Positions 24,412-36,645 of a stretch of DNA of 64,000 nucleotides are shown here, piece after piece; the stretch's first letter is position 1; the number at the start of each line of letters is the position of its first letter. The position numbers and the translations under genes are program-made. Origin of the DNA: Rhodosorus marinus CCMP1338 (Eukaryota > Plantae > Rhodophyta); the NCBI GenBank assembly GCA_029953675.1, contig JAMWBK010000010.1, forward strand, positions 310,001 to 374,000. The letters are read 5' to 3'. The notes below the pieces were generated by a model. That model ran no database searches. It saw only the letters and a program-made list of their open reading frames with translations, and was not told the origin of the DNA.

Positions 24412-27400
24412 GCTTCACGTCCTATTCCTCGTCCTCAAACCCTGCAAAGAAAAAGCAAAAAAACAAAAAGCCAACTCTCTCTGTACCTCAAGTTCTCATC
24501 TCACAATCACCATCATAGACGTCAACACACGCACACCCTCCTACCAAAACGCTGGTGACCGTATCCACCCGCCAGTGTGTTATGTTCCCTGGACTGTTCA
24601 AAAAACATCCAAGATCAGCCCATCCTTCCTTCTCCGTCACCTTACCCCACCTAAGGGCTTTCCTCTCCTCTTTAAATTGACCGTAGAACAACTCACCAGT
24701 CCCAACTATTTCCATACCTTCCTCATCCCTCTTCCCTCCCCCCCAGAAGGCAAAAATAAAGCAAAAAAACAGTACATGAACATTACTTCCCAACATGAAA
24801 AGGGGGGGTTAAAATCTGCTGAATTTTTCAACTGAAATGTTCTAAACCCCTTAAGATTTAAACGCCTTCTATATAAATTATCCTTTTGTCTCAATTTTTT
24901 GAAAGATAGTAGATTGCTACTTAGGGGGGGGTTTCTTCGACATCATTGAACGGTCATCGTTCAGACTTGAGGAAGGGGGGTATGTTTTCAAATTGAATTA
25001 GCTTAGGAATAATCGCCATTGCCGCTGGCCCCGAGTTTTTGCAAAAAAAACAGACCACCGCGCGCGGCATTTTTGAACTGCTGGAATCGTATTTCTATCG
25101 TATATCTAACTGCAGTACCAAAACCTAAGTCTGTATGATTCTAAAATTTCTTAAGAACCTATTTTAGGACATTATTGTTCTACAATAGATTTAATTTTTG
25201 CGTAATATCAAAAGTGATATTTCACCCCCTATAATTTAGACCGATTGGGTCGTTCCACAAAGGTTTTACCTATCGGTATCCGGTAAATCGGTTAAAAATG
25301 TCTCTCAAAACATCAGCCAAGCGCGTCGAAATCCTCAAGGCAATTTCGGGGAGGTATTGGGATCTCGCAAATGCTCATTAGGCCTTTAAATAAATTGTTT
25401 AAACAAAAATAGTCTTTTTTTCGGTTGTTGGTTCACCACCCTCCAACCTTTTATATAATTGCCGGACCCAGGAGCTTCACTAAAGGCGCGCAAAGTGACC
25501 GAACCGCGTCAAGTAGTTAGAGATAGCATTTCCTGGCCACTTGCAATTTAGCATTTCATGAGTGTTTCGTTTACTCGAGATTGCCCTGTGCCACCAAAAC
25601 TATTTTCCCGGCAAAATAATATTTTTTTTCGATTGGTTATTATTTTGAGGATTCTCGTTGGTGTTGACCTTGAACTACGGGACAAATAGCAAGACAGGAT
25701 ATTCGAATTGACGTTGATTCGTGAATAAGTTTTAGGATCGCGTTGCTACTTGGGGGAAGATATTCTCCTGTTTCAACGATCGATTTTGAGTACCAGCTCT
25801 TCGGAATGGACTGGTGGGAAAAAGTAAGGTTTTTTCCTTAACTGGGAGAGAGATTCAGAGGCTGTTGTTGTCGGTAAGCAAAACACGCGATAGGATCTGT
25901 TTTCTCACGAGACATGGTTTGCATTTTTAAACTGTGACTTTCTCTGGATGGATTTCCCCCTCAGTCACAGTTTTCTCCTACACTCTTCTGTTCTAAGTGG
26001 CTGGCATGAGATACTCAACATGAGACAAGAGGTGTTTGATGCTGCTTATTTAGGTCGCTGTCCTATCCCTCCTCGTCGCGGGAGTGTGCTCTTGGAAGGT
26101 CCTGATACGGAAATGGTCTTCCTTTTCAAAAAATCGAGGAACATCCCTAGCCGTTTGGGAACTGTTCTTCCTGTGCTTGGGGATTGTGATCCATGTTGCT
26201 TGGGTGTGCTCGTCGCGTTGGAGTCTGTCCTCGAGTTTGATATTCTCGGATTAACAAACCGTGCAGAAGTCGATCAGGAGCTGTACATCCTGCACACTGG
26301 GTTTGATGTGTGCGCTTCAGCGGCTCTCCTAGCGCGCCCATTTTCGCAGCTCCTCTGGTCCATCGGTAAGGGATGGCGTTCTCGCCCGCATATGTTCCTT
26401 GAGAGGCCCGAAGCTCAATGACAAAGACAAGTGTTATGAATGGGAGGAGCAGAGAGACAGATTTTCCTTAGTACTTGCTCTGTACCGCTCGTCGTATTCG
26501 TCGTTGGCGCTGAGCATCGGTCCAAAACTCTGACGCCGCCGATGGCCAGTTTGATTGTTGATCGCTGGGTTGCCTCGCACGCAATTGCAGACCGCCGGAG
26601 GCGGTTTCCTCTTTTTGAGCTCGGATCGAGTGCATCTTTGTATAGATGAAACCAGCGGATCCTCCGGCCTTGCGAGGAGAAGGCCCTCGGACGGGCTATC
26701 TGCTGATGGCCAATCAACCAGCGCGCTAACCTCCTCACGCGCTCTACCCTAGTTGGATCAGGATCGCAGAAGATCCTCTGGAGATTACACACCCACCGTT
26801 GCAAATTCTCAGCATTAACGAATTATGAGATTAGATCTCGAATTAGTCTTTATCCAATCATATATGAGGAGAAGAACCGGACTTCGTATTCAATTTTTGA
26901 CGGAAATCGATCGGCCGTCACCCGCCTTCATTAGGGGTCAGCTGTAAGGTGGTATCGGCCACGCGAATTTTCAGCTCATCAAAAGATTTAATTTATTACA
27001 ATACATGTTTTTGTTTGTAAGTACAAATATTTCTCCGTCTTGATAGCCCCTTGCTCTGTTCAGAGTTCAATGGACAAATAAGAAATACTGTTTAAGTACC
27101 AGTAAATTCGGTTTCGAACTGAGACGTCTTTCTATGCTTACAGCACCCAGAACGATTGGCTTGCATTGAATACTGAGGTGCTGTTGATTGGATACAGGGG
27201 GCAGATTCATGAAATATTAACTATTTCTATCATGCAAATCATTGTCAACAACATAAATTTGCAACCCTCTAACAATCCTTGGGAATGGAATCTGGCTGGA
27301 GAAACAGGGAGGTTCTCCCACCCCTCGGAATGAGTTTCTCCGGCGTAGTTGGCGTCAAGTTGCTAGTACCTGCAGATACCTCCACGGAAATCTAATAGAG

Positions 27401-28929
27401 CCGACTGTCCTAAAAATCCAGAATACGGTTTCCGAGTTTCTGCTCGGCTTTACCCCCTTCCTCAAATTGCTTTCGTGGCTTCTCGCGAACGAGTCCCCGC
27501 CCACAGCCTCGTACAGAATATGCATCCCGAATCTTCGATACTCTTCCAGAGGGTAATTCTTGTACATCAAATTTGCACATAGACGGCGAACAACTCACAT
27601 CTCCAATGAATCTCCCAACAGCTCCTTGCAACGAACACCAATCACATCAAAGAAGTAAAATCCTCCTATCAATTTACAATTAAAACAGAACAAATTTCAG
27701 ATTCTTTGTACCTGCCCAATCAAGTTCTAAGGAAATTCTGTCCTTGGCTCCAATCAATACAAACCCAAACCCCTCCCGCCGCCAGTCTTCCAACTGTCTT
27801 CAATCCCCCAACCCGAAAAAGAATTCCAAAAAAACAAAACTATCAGCTCGCGATCCGTTCCTCCTTTTTTTCTTCATTCTCCATTCATCTCAACTATTAA
27901 AAATTCAAGAAAAAAATTCCAAACCCTTCAAAGGGGTAATACGTGAAGGAAAACGTTCTCCTTACACCACCCCTCGACCTTCTTCAGCAATTAAATGCTT
28001 AAACCCTTTAAAATGAACAAAATAGATGATATCTACGGCTAGGAAAAGGGGGGGTAACTTATAGATCAGAAATGAGGAGGCCAAAGAAAAACAAAGGAGG
28101 GAGGGGAGGCAAAACCTTTTAATTTCTGAATTGAATTTATATTGAAACTTTGATGGGCTGATTAGTAGTTTTTAGGAATGTTTTGTGAATGTTATCTTGA
28201 CGTTTGTATACGAATCTTGTACAAACGAGGGTTTTCAAGCTTTTTTGTTATGTTTATCTTATTAAAAAATTGAGGGGACGTGTTTAGGAAAGGAGCTTCT
28301 TTTCGCCTCCTTTTTTAGCTAGGAACGGGGAAAGAGCTGTTGGTAGTGAGTGAGAGAGGTGGTGGAAGCTTGCTTTGCTTTATATATGTTGAAGGGGGTT
28401 TTGTAAGGGAGTGTGTTGGGTGTGGTGTCTTTGTGTTGTGGGAGGAAGTTGATCGGTGAAAATATTTGCTATTTTGGGGGTTTGGGCATTGTGCGCGGAA
28501 GGAAAAGGGGAAAAGAAACTGTACAAGCCAAGGAAAAAAGGGGGTCGTAGAATTTTTTTTGAGGTGGAGTTTTTTTTGGTTTTGCTTGGGAAGGAATCAG
28601 TGAGGGGGGTGCGTGGGGCGAGGGGAGAGGGATAGAGGATTTTGGTTGTGTTTCTACGCAATCGGTACGAAGGATAGGTCTTGTGAACGAGGGGAGAAAG
28701 CGGGATCTGTACAGCAGTTGAGTTTCTGCTTGTTGCTGAAGAGCGTGAGGAAGAGTTTGTGGGGCAGACGGAGAGCGTTTTTGTGTTGTGGGAGGCAAGG
28801 GTTTGTTGGTTTTTGCGGGAGCGGGGTTGATTAAGAGGACATTGTGGGGGATTAAAGGGGAAAACATGCCCTTCTTGGCTTTGTCGTTGTGAAGAAGAAG
28901 GTTTGGTAACGGAAAAGAGTAGCAGAATC

Positions 28930-30805
28930 ATGGAAATGGAGGAGCTGCCTGCCATGCCTATCGGTCACGGCGACACATCCGGACTCAGGCCCGTTGGGTC
29001 CCTAGGGAATCTCTCCTCAATTGGGGGTTCGGCTGGTAACTTGTCGAAACTGGGATCCATGGGGAATTTGGCTTCCCTCGGTTCATATGATAACCTTGGG
29101 AACCTGAAACACATGGGATCCGTGGGAAATTTAGGGGAGCTGTTGGAAAGCTCAGTTGGAAACCTAAAGGAGCTTGGGTCAGTAGGAAATCTGAAAGAAT
29201 TGGGGTCTGTAGGTAACTTGAAAGATCTTGGCTCTTTTGGGAACTCCAGACATGGGGGCTCCATCGCTAATTTGCAGGATTTTGGGTCCGCGGCTAACTT
29301 GAAGCATCTCGGGTCCACGGGAAACATGAAGGACTTCGGGTCAGTGGGAAACTTAAGAGATCTCGGGTCCGCGGGGAACCTGAAAGACCTCGGGTCGTTG
29401 GAGACTTTGAAGGAAATTGGTTCGTTGGGGAACTTGCGTCGTATGGGTTCTGTCGGTAACGTTAGGCCACTTGGGCTGAAGAGAATTTTGAGTTTGAATA
29501 ACGTTCTGTCTGGTGGAAATGGAACGCCAGTACTACTTGAAAAGTCGCGGGCAGCTTCGCCTTTGGGAATGTCGAGGGAAGACTCGTTTATTCGGGTGAT
29601 GGGCCGGGATGATTCGTTCTTGCTTTTGCCGAATTTCTCCAGAGAGAGCTCTATGCAGAATTTGCAACGGCGGAATATGAGTCGCATGGATTCCTTCCCG
29701 ACAATGTTATCTCAAGCGAATACGACAAGCCCCGAAAAGGGTAGACTTGCGGAGCACAGGGTTAGGGTTGAGGAACCGAAGCAGGAATTGCCGGGGTATC
29801 CTAAGGACACAGCTCAAGAACAACGTCCCGAACCAAAGAAGAGGAAGATGAGTCCGTCACAAAGGAAAGCCGGAAAGCCCGAAGAAGCGGTTCCAGCGGA
29901 CGGAAAGCGTGACACTCAAAATATGACGAAGAATACGGACAGCGACGATACAGATAAGGACGAGGGAGACTCAGATCTTTCCGGAGAAGAACAACTTGAC
30001 GCAGAAGAGTTAGGGCTGTCCGATATCCTCGGAACGACTGGTAAGCGGCACAACGGCTTTCTCGCTCTCACAAAGCTCGAAGATCTGATCGAAAGGATTT
30101 TCACATTTTTTTGACTTCTGTAAAACAGCTGCGAAAAGCCGAAAGATGACGGCAGAACAAAAAAAAGTGATGCTCCATAAGAGAAAGCTGAGAAACCGGC
30201 AGTCAGCCGCACGCTCACGCGAGAAGCACCGGAGAATGTTGCAGGAGGTTATTTTAGAAATCGATGAACTGCAGGCAAAGTCCGATTCTGTGCTGAAGAA
30301 GTGCGATACCTTTGCGGCGGAGAATCAAGGTCTCAGGGAGGAGAACATTAATTTCGCCCGCGAGAATGGCATGCTGAGAATGCACTTGAACAGGCTCTTG
30401 GCTTCCGAGAATAGCGCGCAGGGGATGAACCCCATGATTGCTGCCACTAGCGGAACGACTTGGAACTCTACGATGCCCGCTCAGATGCAACAGTCGATGG
30501 GGTCTATTGGGCCCTACATAGCGATGCCTCAGACAATGCAGCAGACAATGCCTCAGACAATGCAGCAGACAATGCAGCAGACAATGCAGCAGACAATGCA
30601 GCAGACAATGCAGCAGACAATGCAGCAGACAATGCCGCAAATGGCGCACGTTGGAACTCAATCGCAGAAACGCTCCAACTCTAGTACGAGACGTTTACAG
30701 GCAGCGCCGTCCATGGACAGCTCCGCGTACGGAAGGGAGCCGTCGGGTCAAAGTTTCCCGGCAGCGATGGCTGGAGGGAATATAGCCCTCTCCGGAGGGT
30801 CTTGA
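28930..30805 (+). CDS. bZIP transcription factor with N-terminal 9-aa repeat array and C-terminal QQTM repeats
   Basis: Basic region KRKLRNRQSAARSREK followed by heptad leucines. Intron 30041-30128 (phase 1) joins ORF 28903-30114 to ORF 30146-30805 in frame. Confidence 0.88.
28996..29463 (+). repeat. Coding 27-nt degenerate tandem repeat, about 17 units encoding GSxGNL(K/R)(D/E)L
   Basis: Protein reads ...GSVGNLKELGSVGNLKELGSVGNLKDL...GSVGNLRDLGSAGNLKDL...GSLGNLRRMGSVGNV. Synonymous positions are diverged while the protein motif is kept. Confidence 0.95.
30527..30643 (+). repeat. Coding 12-nt tandem repeat (C[AC][GT]CAGACAATG) x9, encoding (Q/P)QTM
   Basis: Near-perfect units visible directly in the sequence. 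Confidence 0.95.
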
Positions 30806-31352
30806 GCGTTTCTCTGAGGGACACATGACGCGTGTGTGTATATATGAACGATGCTCCTCTTGCTGGGGTGCATTGACGATTGACGGGAATCGGATTATAT
30901 GTGAATAATTAGATATTGATTGTTGTGGCTCTTTGAGTTTGTAGCTGTCGATTTGTTCGAAACAACCGGACCAGAGAACACAGAAGTTTTACGGTCAATT
31001 GTAAATGACTAACCGCCGAGTTTGCTGGCCAGCGAAGATCGTTGGACTTATCACCAGGGACCGACGAACTCGCACGAGGCGGGTTTTTGAGATTTGTCAA
31101 TAGCAGTAAAGACTAATGGTTTGCTTTAATTGAAGAACCGGTTACGATGTAACTGATGAAGAACTCTGCAGTGTTGCGAAAATGTCCTTTTTTAGGGGCT
31201 TCGTAAAAACCCCGAGCGCTGCCCGTTTGTACGAGTCGTGACAACAAAGTTCTGCCCGCGTTCAGAGCTTTCCCCTTTCAATTCTCTGCTTTTTCATCCG
31301 CTGTTTATTTAAGAGAACGCAAAGGTGCTTGGTTATCGCCCTCCGGGTCGTA

Positions 31353-34300
31353 CTAACCCAGTTCTTTAGATGATGGTCCGGACTCTTGACCTGCTTCAAT
31401 CTTATCCAACACCTCCTCGTTTGCCAAGGCAAGTTGTACGTTCACCAAAGAGTGGAAGTAGGAGTCCTCCATATGATCTTCCAGTCCTTTGGGCACGTTC
31501 TTCAAAACCCCGTCCAACTGATTCATCCGGAGTTCAAGAGCCCTCTCCAACGCCACAGTGCTCAGTTCGTTACGAGTCGTTGGTGTTCCATCGTCAATCC
31601 ACAGCACTCCTTTTGCATTGACCACTGCACACCGGTTGACGTGGCCAAAGTTCCAATCCTGGCGTGGCATCCTCGCAACAATGTCACTCGCGTTCACTAG
31701 CCGCGCAGAGTCTCGAACGAGACGGTTGTACAGCGATACAAACGCGTGGTTACCAACTTTAGGAGAACCGTAATTGTACATAGTTAGTCTTAGGTCTGGG
31801 TACAACACGGCCATATCCGTCGCGGCGAGAGTTGCCAGCGCTCCGCCGAGAGAGTGCCCGGTAACGAAGAGATGGTACTTGCTGGACCCGTTGTTCGTAA
31901 GAAACGAAATCGTTTCCAAGATACTATCACGAACGGACTGGTACGATCGGAGAAAGCCATAGTGAACTGCTGGCTCCTCTGTCGCCCACTTATTGGCCTT
32001 TCGCATCCACGGGTTGGACTTGCTGATATCAACCTCAATGCTCTTGGATCCCGGCTCGAATGGAAACAGGAACATCATGGAATCGGTGAGCAAGTCTTTC
32101 CATGAGCTTTGCTCAGTCCCCCGAAAGGCGAGAACCAAAGTCTGACCTCGCCTCCAAATTCCCCACTCGCAGTCTGTTGCGATGTTCTTTCCGAGGATCA
32201 ACCGCTTCATTCTAAGCAGACCCAGGTTTCTTTGCTCTACGAGGGCCTGAAACTCCCCCCATTGTCGCGAGGTCAGCCTCCTGACCTTCTCGTCATTCTC
32301 AACCACCTGGTTCCCGGCATAGAGTACGCTGGACTCCTCATCAATGTTTCCGGAACCCTCAAATTCTTCCTCCTCCTCTTCCTCTTGAGCTTCGATTGCA
32401 TCAAACTCTTCCCCATCTGCGCGCAGGTTGATATAGGAGCCTTCAACGACAACTCGACCAGTACCGGCCGTGACAGCGCGCATGTCCCCCTCGCCCGCCT
32501 CCGCCTGGTTTCGTTCAGCTACCTCCGTTCGCTGTAACTCGAGAACTATTGTCGAGGGTTCTCCTTGACTCAGTTCGTCTGTGTTGAAGGTCGCGTATGC
32601 AAGCTTGGACGCCTCGCCAACAACGAAGCTACCCCACTACGTCGCAAAAGCAGTTGGTTAGAGCTCTGCTCCGGTGCTGCGCGATCAAGCAGAGTCAGTG
32701 CGTTGCTATAGCTTACCAACTCGACCCCAACTTCTACCGAAGGCTCCTCTGTATAGAGCGAAATCAGTTCGTCGATGGATGGGTTTGAACGTTTCGCAAA
32801 ACCGATGGTTATCCTGAGTTCAGGTGATAGTACGAGCGGCCCCAAATTGCTCTCAAACTCCTTGAGGGTGATCATACACAGCCCAGAAAAAACAGCCCTG
32901 ACGAGCGCGGCTGAACTGAGATGATAAACGGAGCCGTCGACTGCCTCCATCCCCATGGAGCTCTGTGGTTCGTTGTAGATCTCAAAGGCGAACCCAGCCA
33001 GAGAAATTGCCGTTTTCACGTCAAACTCAGAAGTCTCCATGAGCGAAGTCTCGGCTGTCTCAATGTCAACGGCAGGATCCGATATCCCCAAGAGCTCGAG
33101 AATCTCGGCGGCCAAGAACCGCTCCAGCATGGCCTCCGGTGCCCAACTTCCGTCCTCTTCGTATACTCGAACCGGGTATCCAGACAGACTGTAGTCTGCC
33201 GAATAATGAGACTTGCCGTGGGGTTGTGTCAACGCGCCTGTAGGCAACTGTGACAGACTTCCAATGATCGATGAGGACAATAAACTCCCCAGAAAATCAT
33301 CCTTCACCTCCCTCGTAACTCTGTCCGCAGCACCTTCATCTCCACTGAGTAACGCATCAACCCGATTAGCTGCGGCTTGTTCTTCCTCAAACGCTTGACC
33401 CGAAACAACCTCTACACACGCACAAAAAAGCGGAAAGAAAAATGTCTGAGCATCTCAAAACCATACACTTCGGACAACATCAATTCCATCAGCTTCATCG
33501 CCTCCTTCATCCACACGCTCTGGTGTGTACACTCTGGTGTTAGACTATCGAAGAGGCAGAAAAAGGGGTTTCCAATGCCCCAAGCACACAGGAAGTACAC
33601 TTGGAAGAGATGCAGTGTCGCAGAGAGTTTGAACAACAAGAATCCATACTGGGTTGACGACAATCCGACAAGAAGAAGAAAAGCAATCTGGGACGAACCA
33701 TGGAATCAAGGTATTCGAAGAGACGGGATACTAAGCAGAAGATCGAACTCTTGGGTGACTCGGATGACGACCCTCCCGCGATAGTTCGAAGACACATTAG
33801 CAAGATCAGAGCTAGTCCAATAAGTACCGAGGAGAGTTGAAAGACCAGCTTCCCACAATGAGCCAAAATTGTCGACGAGAGAGGCGAGCTAAGTATCCAC
33901 TTAGGAAACACAAAAGTTCAAGGCATGAAAAGACTTTTACACCCCCAGAACAGTCCAGTGGTGTTCGGGTGCTTGAGGATGGCTCTAGCGTGTCGTTTTG
34001 CGTTCTCAATGAGAGGGCTTTCTGGGGGACGGTACTTACTTTCAATGTATTCCTGGTTCTTCTTAGCCAACTCCATCTGAGAGTTGAGAAACTCATTCAC
34101 AGATATTCTAGAGCTCTCGATATTTTGATTAAGGAAATCGTTCATATTTTCTAGCGCAATATTTAGATTCCCACTGTACGGCGTGGATGAGTAGAACGAT
34201 TCGAAAGCTGGAAAGGGGGGAAAGAAGGGGACGCAAGTATCCACGTATTCAGTCACATGCCTTCCCGAACGATTGAGGAATACCTCCCTTACCTTTATCG

Positions 34301-34629
34301 AAGCTCTTCTGAACCTTTTCAGCCTCCAATTTCCAGTTCTTTCTCCACATGAACGGGAAGGGCAGTAGAGTCCTGAGAAGCCTGACGAAAATGCTCCCTT
34401 TGGGAGCAAGCTCACCAGCATCATCCTCTTCAACCTCCGTTCCATTTTCCACAGGCTCCGAGCGATCCTCGCTCTCACCGCCTTTCTGTTCAACCAGCCT
34501 TGGCGATTCTACTCCATCACCCCCCCCATTCACTGTAACCAAGCCTCTCCTCCTGTTACATACCAAAACACGTCTGCGAACTTCCCCACCCTCCGAGATA
34601 GTGCCCAACCCATGAACAAATCCAGCCAT
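31353..34629 (-). CDS. Plastid-targeted class 3 lipase with long N-terminal extension; multi-exon
   Basis: GHSLGG nucleophile elbow; LAFRGTE; VHYGFLRSY lid; DIVARMP; C-terminal HMEDSY (His). MAGFV transit-peptide-like start at 34629. Internal exon boundaries are not all resolved. Confidence 0.85.
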
Positions 34630-35635
34630 CGTTCATTCAAGAACAAAGGATAGCCTGCAGTCAATTTATCACTGATTAAGTTGCTCTTATCATCTCCATC
34701 CCTCGCCCTGCCCCGCACCCACCCGCAACGTATTTTCGCAGGTCTCTATGTCCTCCTCATCGCCAAGGAGATCGGGAGCATATCTGTGTTGAAGCATTTC
34801 GAGATTTCTTGTTTTGTTAGCTTTATTTTGACTTTGAAGGCCTTCTGATGGCCTCTTTGATAGTATTCACGACCATCCAGACATGCTCCGATCCGAATCT
34901 CAGGACTAGACTTTGGGCACTCCATTTATCTCCTGCTCGACATTGGAAGTATCCCAACAGGTAGCCGCAGCTGGGGGCGGGGGTGGGTTTCGGGGGCATA
35001 CTCTGCTGTTGATGACCGAAAGTTCTTTCGCAAGTTTCTTACTTTTGAGGGCGCGTTGATCGCTTTCGTGATGGTGTCATCAGGACCATCCGGGCATGCT
35101 CCAATCTTTTGGTGCAGGTGGTGAAGGATGGCCCCACCCGGCAAGGCAAATAACCATAAACTGAGACAGTATTATTTACACGAGTACAGAATAGGCAACC
35201 GCCAAACTACTCAGAGCCACCTGCAACAAGTTTTCTCCCCAGTTCTAGAACCATCTTCAGATCATTGAAGCCAAGTCCTTGTCCGAGGAGCTATGATAAA
35301 CTTGCCCAACAGCCCCCTGTGCAGGTTAAGCACCAAACAGTCCGTTCTTACACGGGAGGCTACTCGAATGACACTCTCTACGTCCCTCATTGAGCCCATA
35401 GTTGCACTAATCGTTAGCTGGACGATCCGAAAACTTTGGTTGGATTGACAGAAACCAGAATGAGAAGGCTTCTCTTCAACAGGGTTCAATTCATTGCGTA
35501 AGCACCCCAACTGAGGTCTGTCTGCTACAGGTGATCTGGTTTCATACACACTGGCATAGTGTTCTGTTAGCTTCAGTCTTGTGAACTCCTGGCTGCCCTA
35601 GCTGTGTGATCTCGTTTGCAAGAATATATCTGAAA

Positions 35636-36645
35636 TCAAGCAATCTTCGAGGACAGCCGCCCGCGAAGAATTTTAACGACGGCAGCTCTGATTCTCTCAT
35701 ACACGAGGAACATAAGTGCCGACGTCAAAGTACTCTGTGCGAGCTTCACGCCGATTCCTTTGTACCAAGCCGGAAAGCCCTCTTCTTTGTACAGCCGTTT
35801 CAACAAGCTCAGGGTTCCGACGGAGCGTTCCTAGATATTATTAGCCAGAGCAAGACTAGTTTAGAAAACGTGGGAAGGCGCTTCGTCCAGGTAGCGAAAG
35901 CATTTGCTCAAGTTTCTCAGCTACTTACAGAACTTTTCCTTTCCGCACGGAGCCGAGATTGAGCCACTTGAAGCGGGTAAGATATGATCGTCGCGCAGAT
36001 TTTTGCAAATGCTCCGAGAAGGAACGCCTGGAACGCGGTTAACGTGTTGGAAGGACCAAACTTATTGCGCAAGAGCCTGCTTTTTATGCTCTCATATACG
36101 GTGAAGTGAATAGAAGGATTGCAGATTAGGATAAGCGAGGGAATGAGGGAACCCCACAACGTCCCAAGTCCCTCTTCTCGTGCAATTCTCATGACAGTGT
36201 ACAGAAGACCTTGGTATTCTTCATCCCGTCCCATTCGTCGTTGGAGCTTCAGCCTTGTATTGGCCACCCACAGGGGCGTGGTCAGCAGCACATTTACAAC
36301 AGCAGCGAAAGCACCGATGAGCAGGTTCCCAACCGGATTCGTTGGCAAGTCCCGTAAACCGAGCTGTACCTTTACAACCTGCCTAGTCGCATGGTAGCTG
36401 TAAAAATAGGTCATATTCGACGCCATCACAGCCTCCATGTTCGGAATCAAACCCCTGTACATTCCCTGTATCCCTTCACTCTTCACCAGCTCCGTGAGTT
36501 CCTTCGCCGTCTTCCCATTATCAGAATTCTGCAACCTCGTTAACAACAAATCCAGCGGATAAAACACAAGAGTCGCTACCTCAGCTCCTGCGGCTCCAGC
36601 TAGGGCATGTGTCAGTGCCGATATTGACAACAACCCATCCTCCAT
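35636..36645 (-). CDS. SLC25A17: Peroxisomal SLC25 carrier (PMP34/SLC25A17/PXN-like)
   Basis: HALAGAAG...FYPLDLLLTRLQ, TTPLWVANTRLKL, WGSLIPSLILICNPSIHFTVYE, SYPLQVAQSRL. Intron 35928-35831 joins a last exon WYKGIGVKLAQSTLTSALMFLVYE. Confidence 0.85.

Noticed and set aside
25948-26804. ORFs of 129-157 aa on both strands
   Set aside because: No motif, no consistent splice model; cannot support a gene call.
27560-27800. Minus-strand exon-like pieces reading ..VRCKELLGDSLE (Mis18/Yippee-like at first glance)
   Set aside because: The first Cys of the CxxC is absent (IGVRC) and I could not build a continuous spliced ORF. A spliced transcript here remains possible.
28965-29687. 240-aa antisense ORF over the bZIP repeats
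   Set aside because: Shadow ORF of a repetitive coding region; no independent features.
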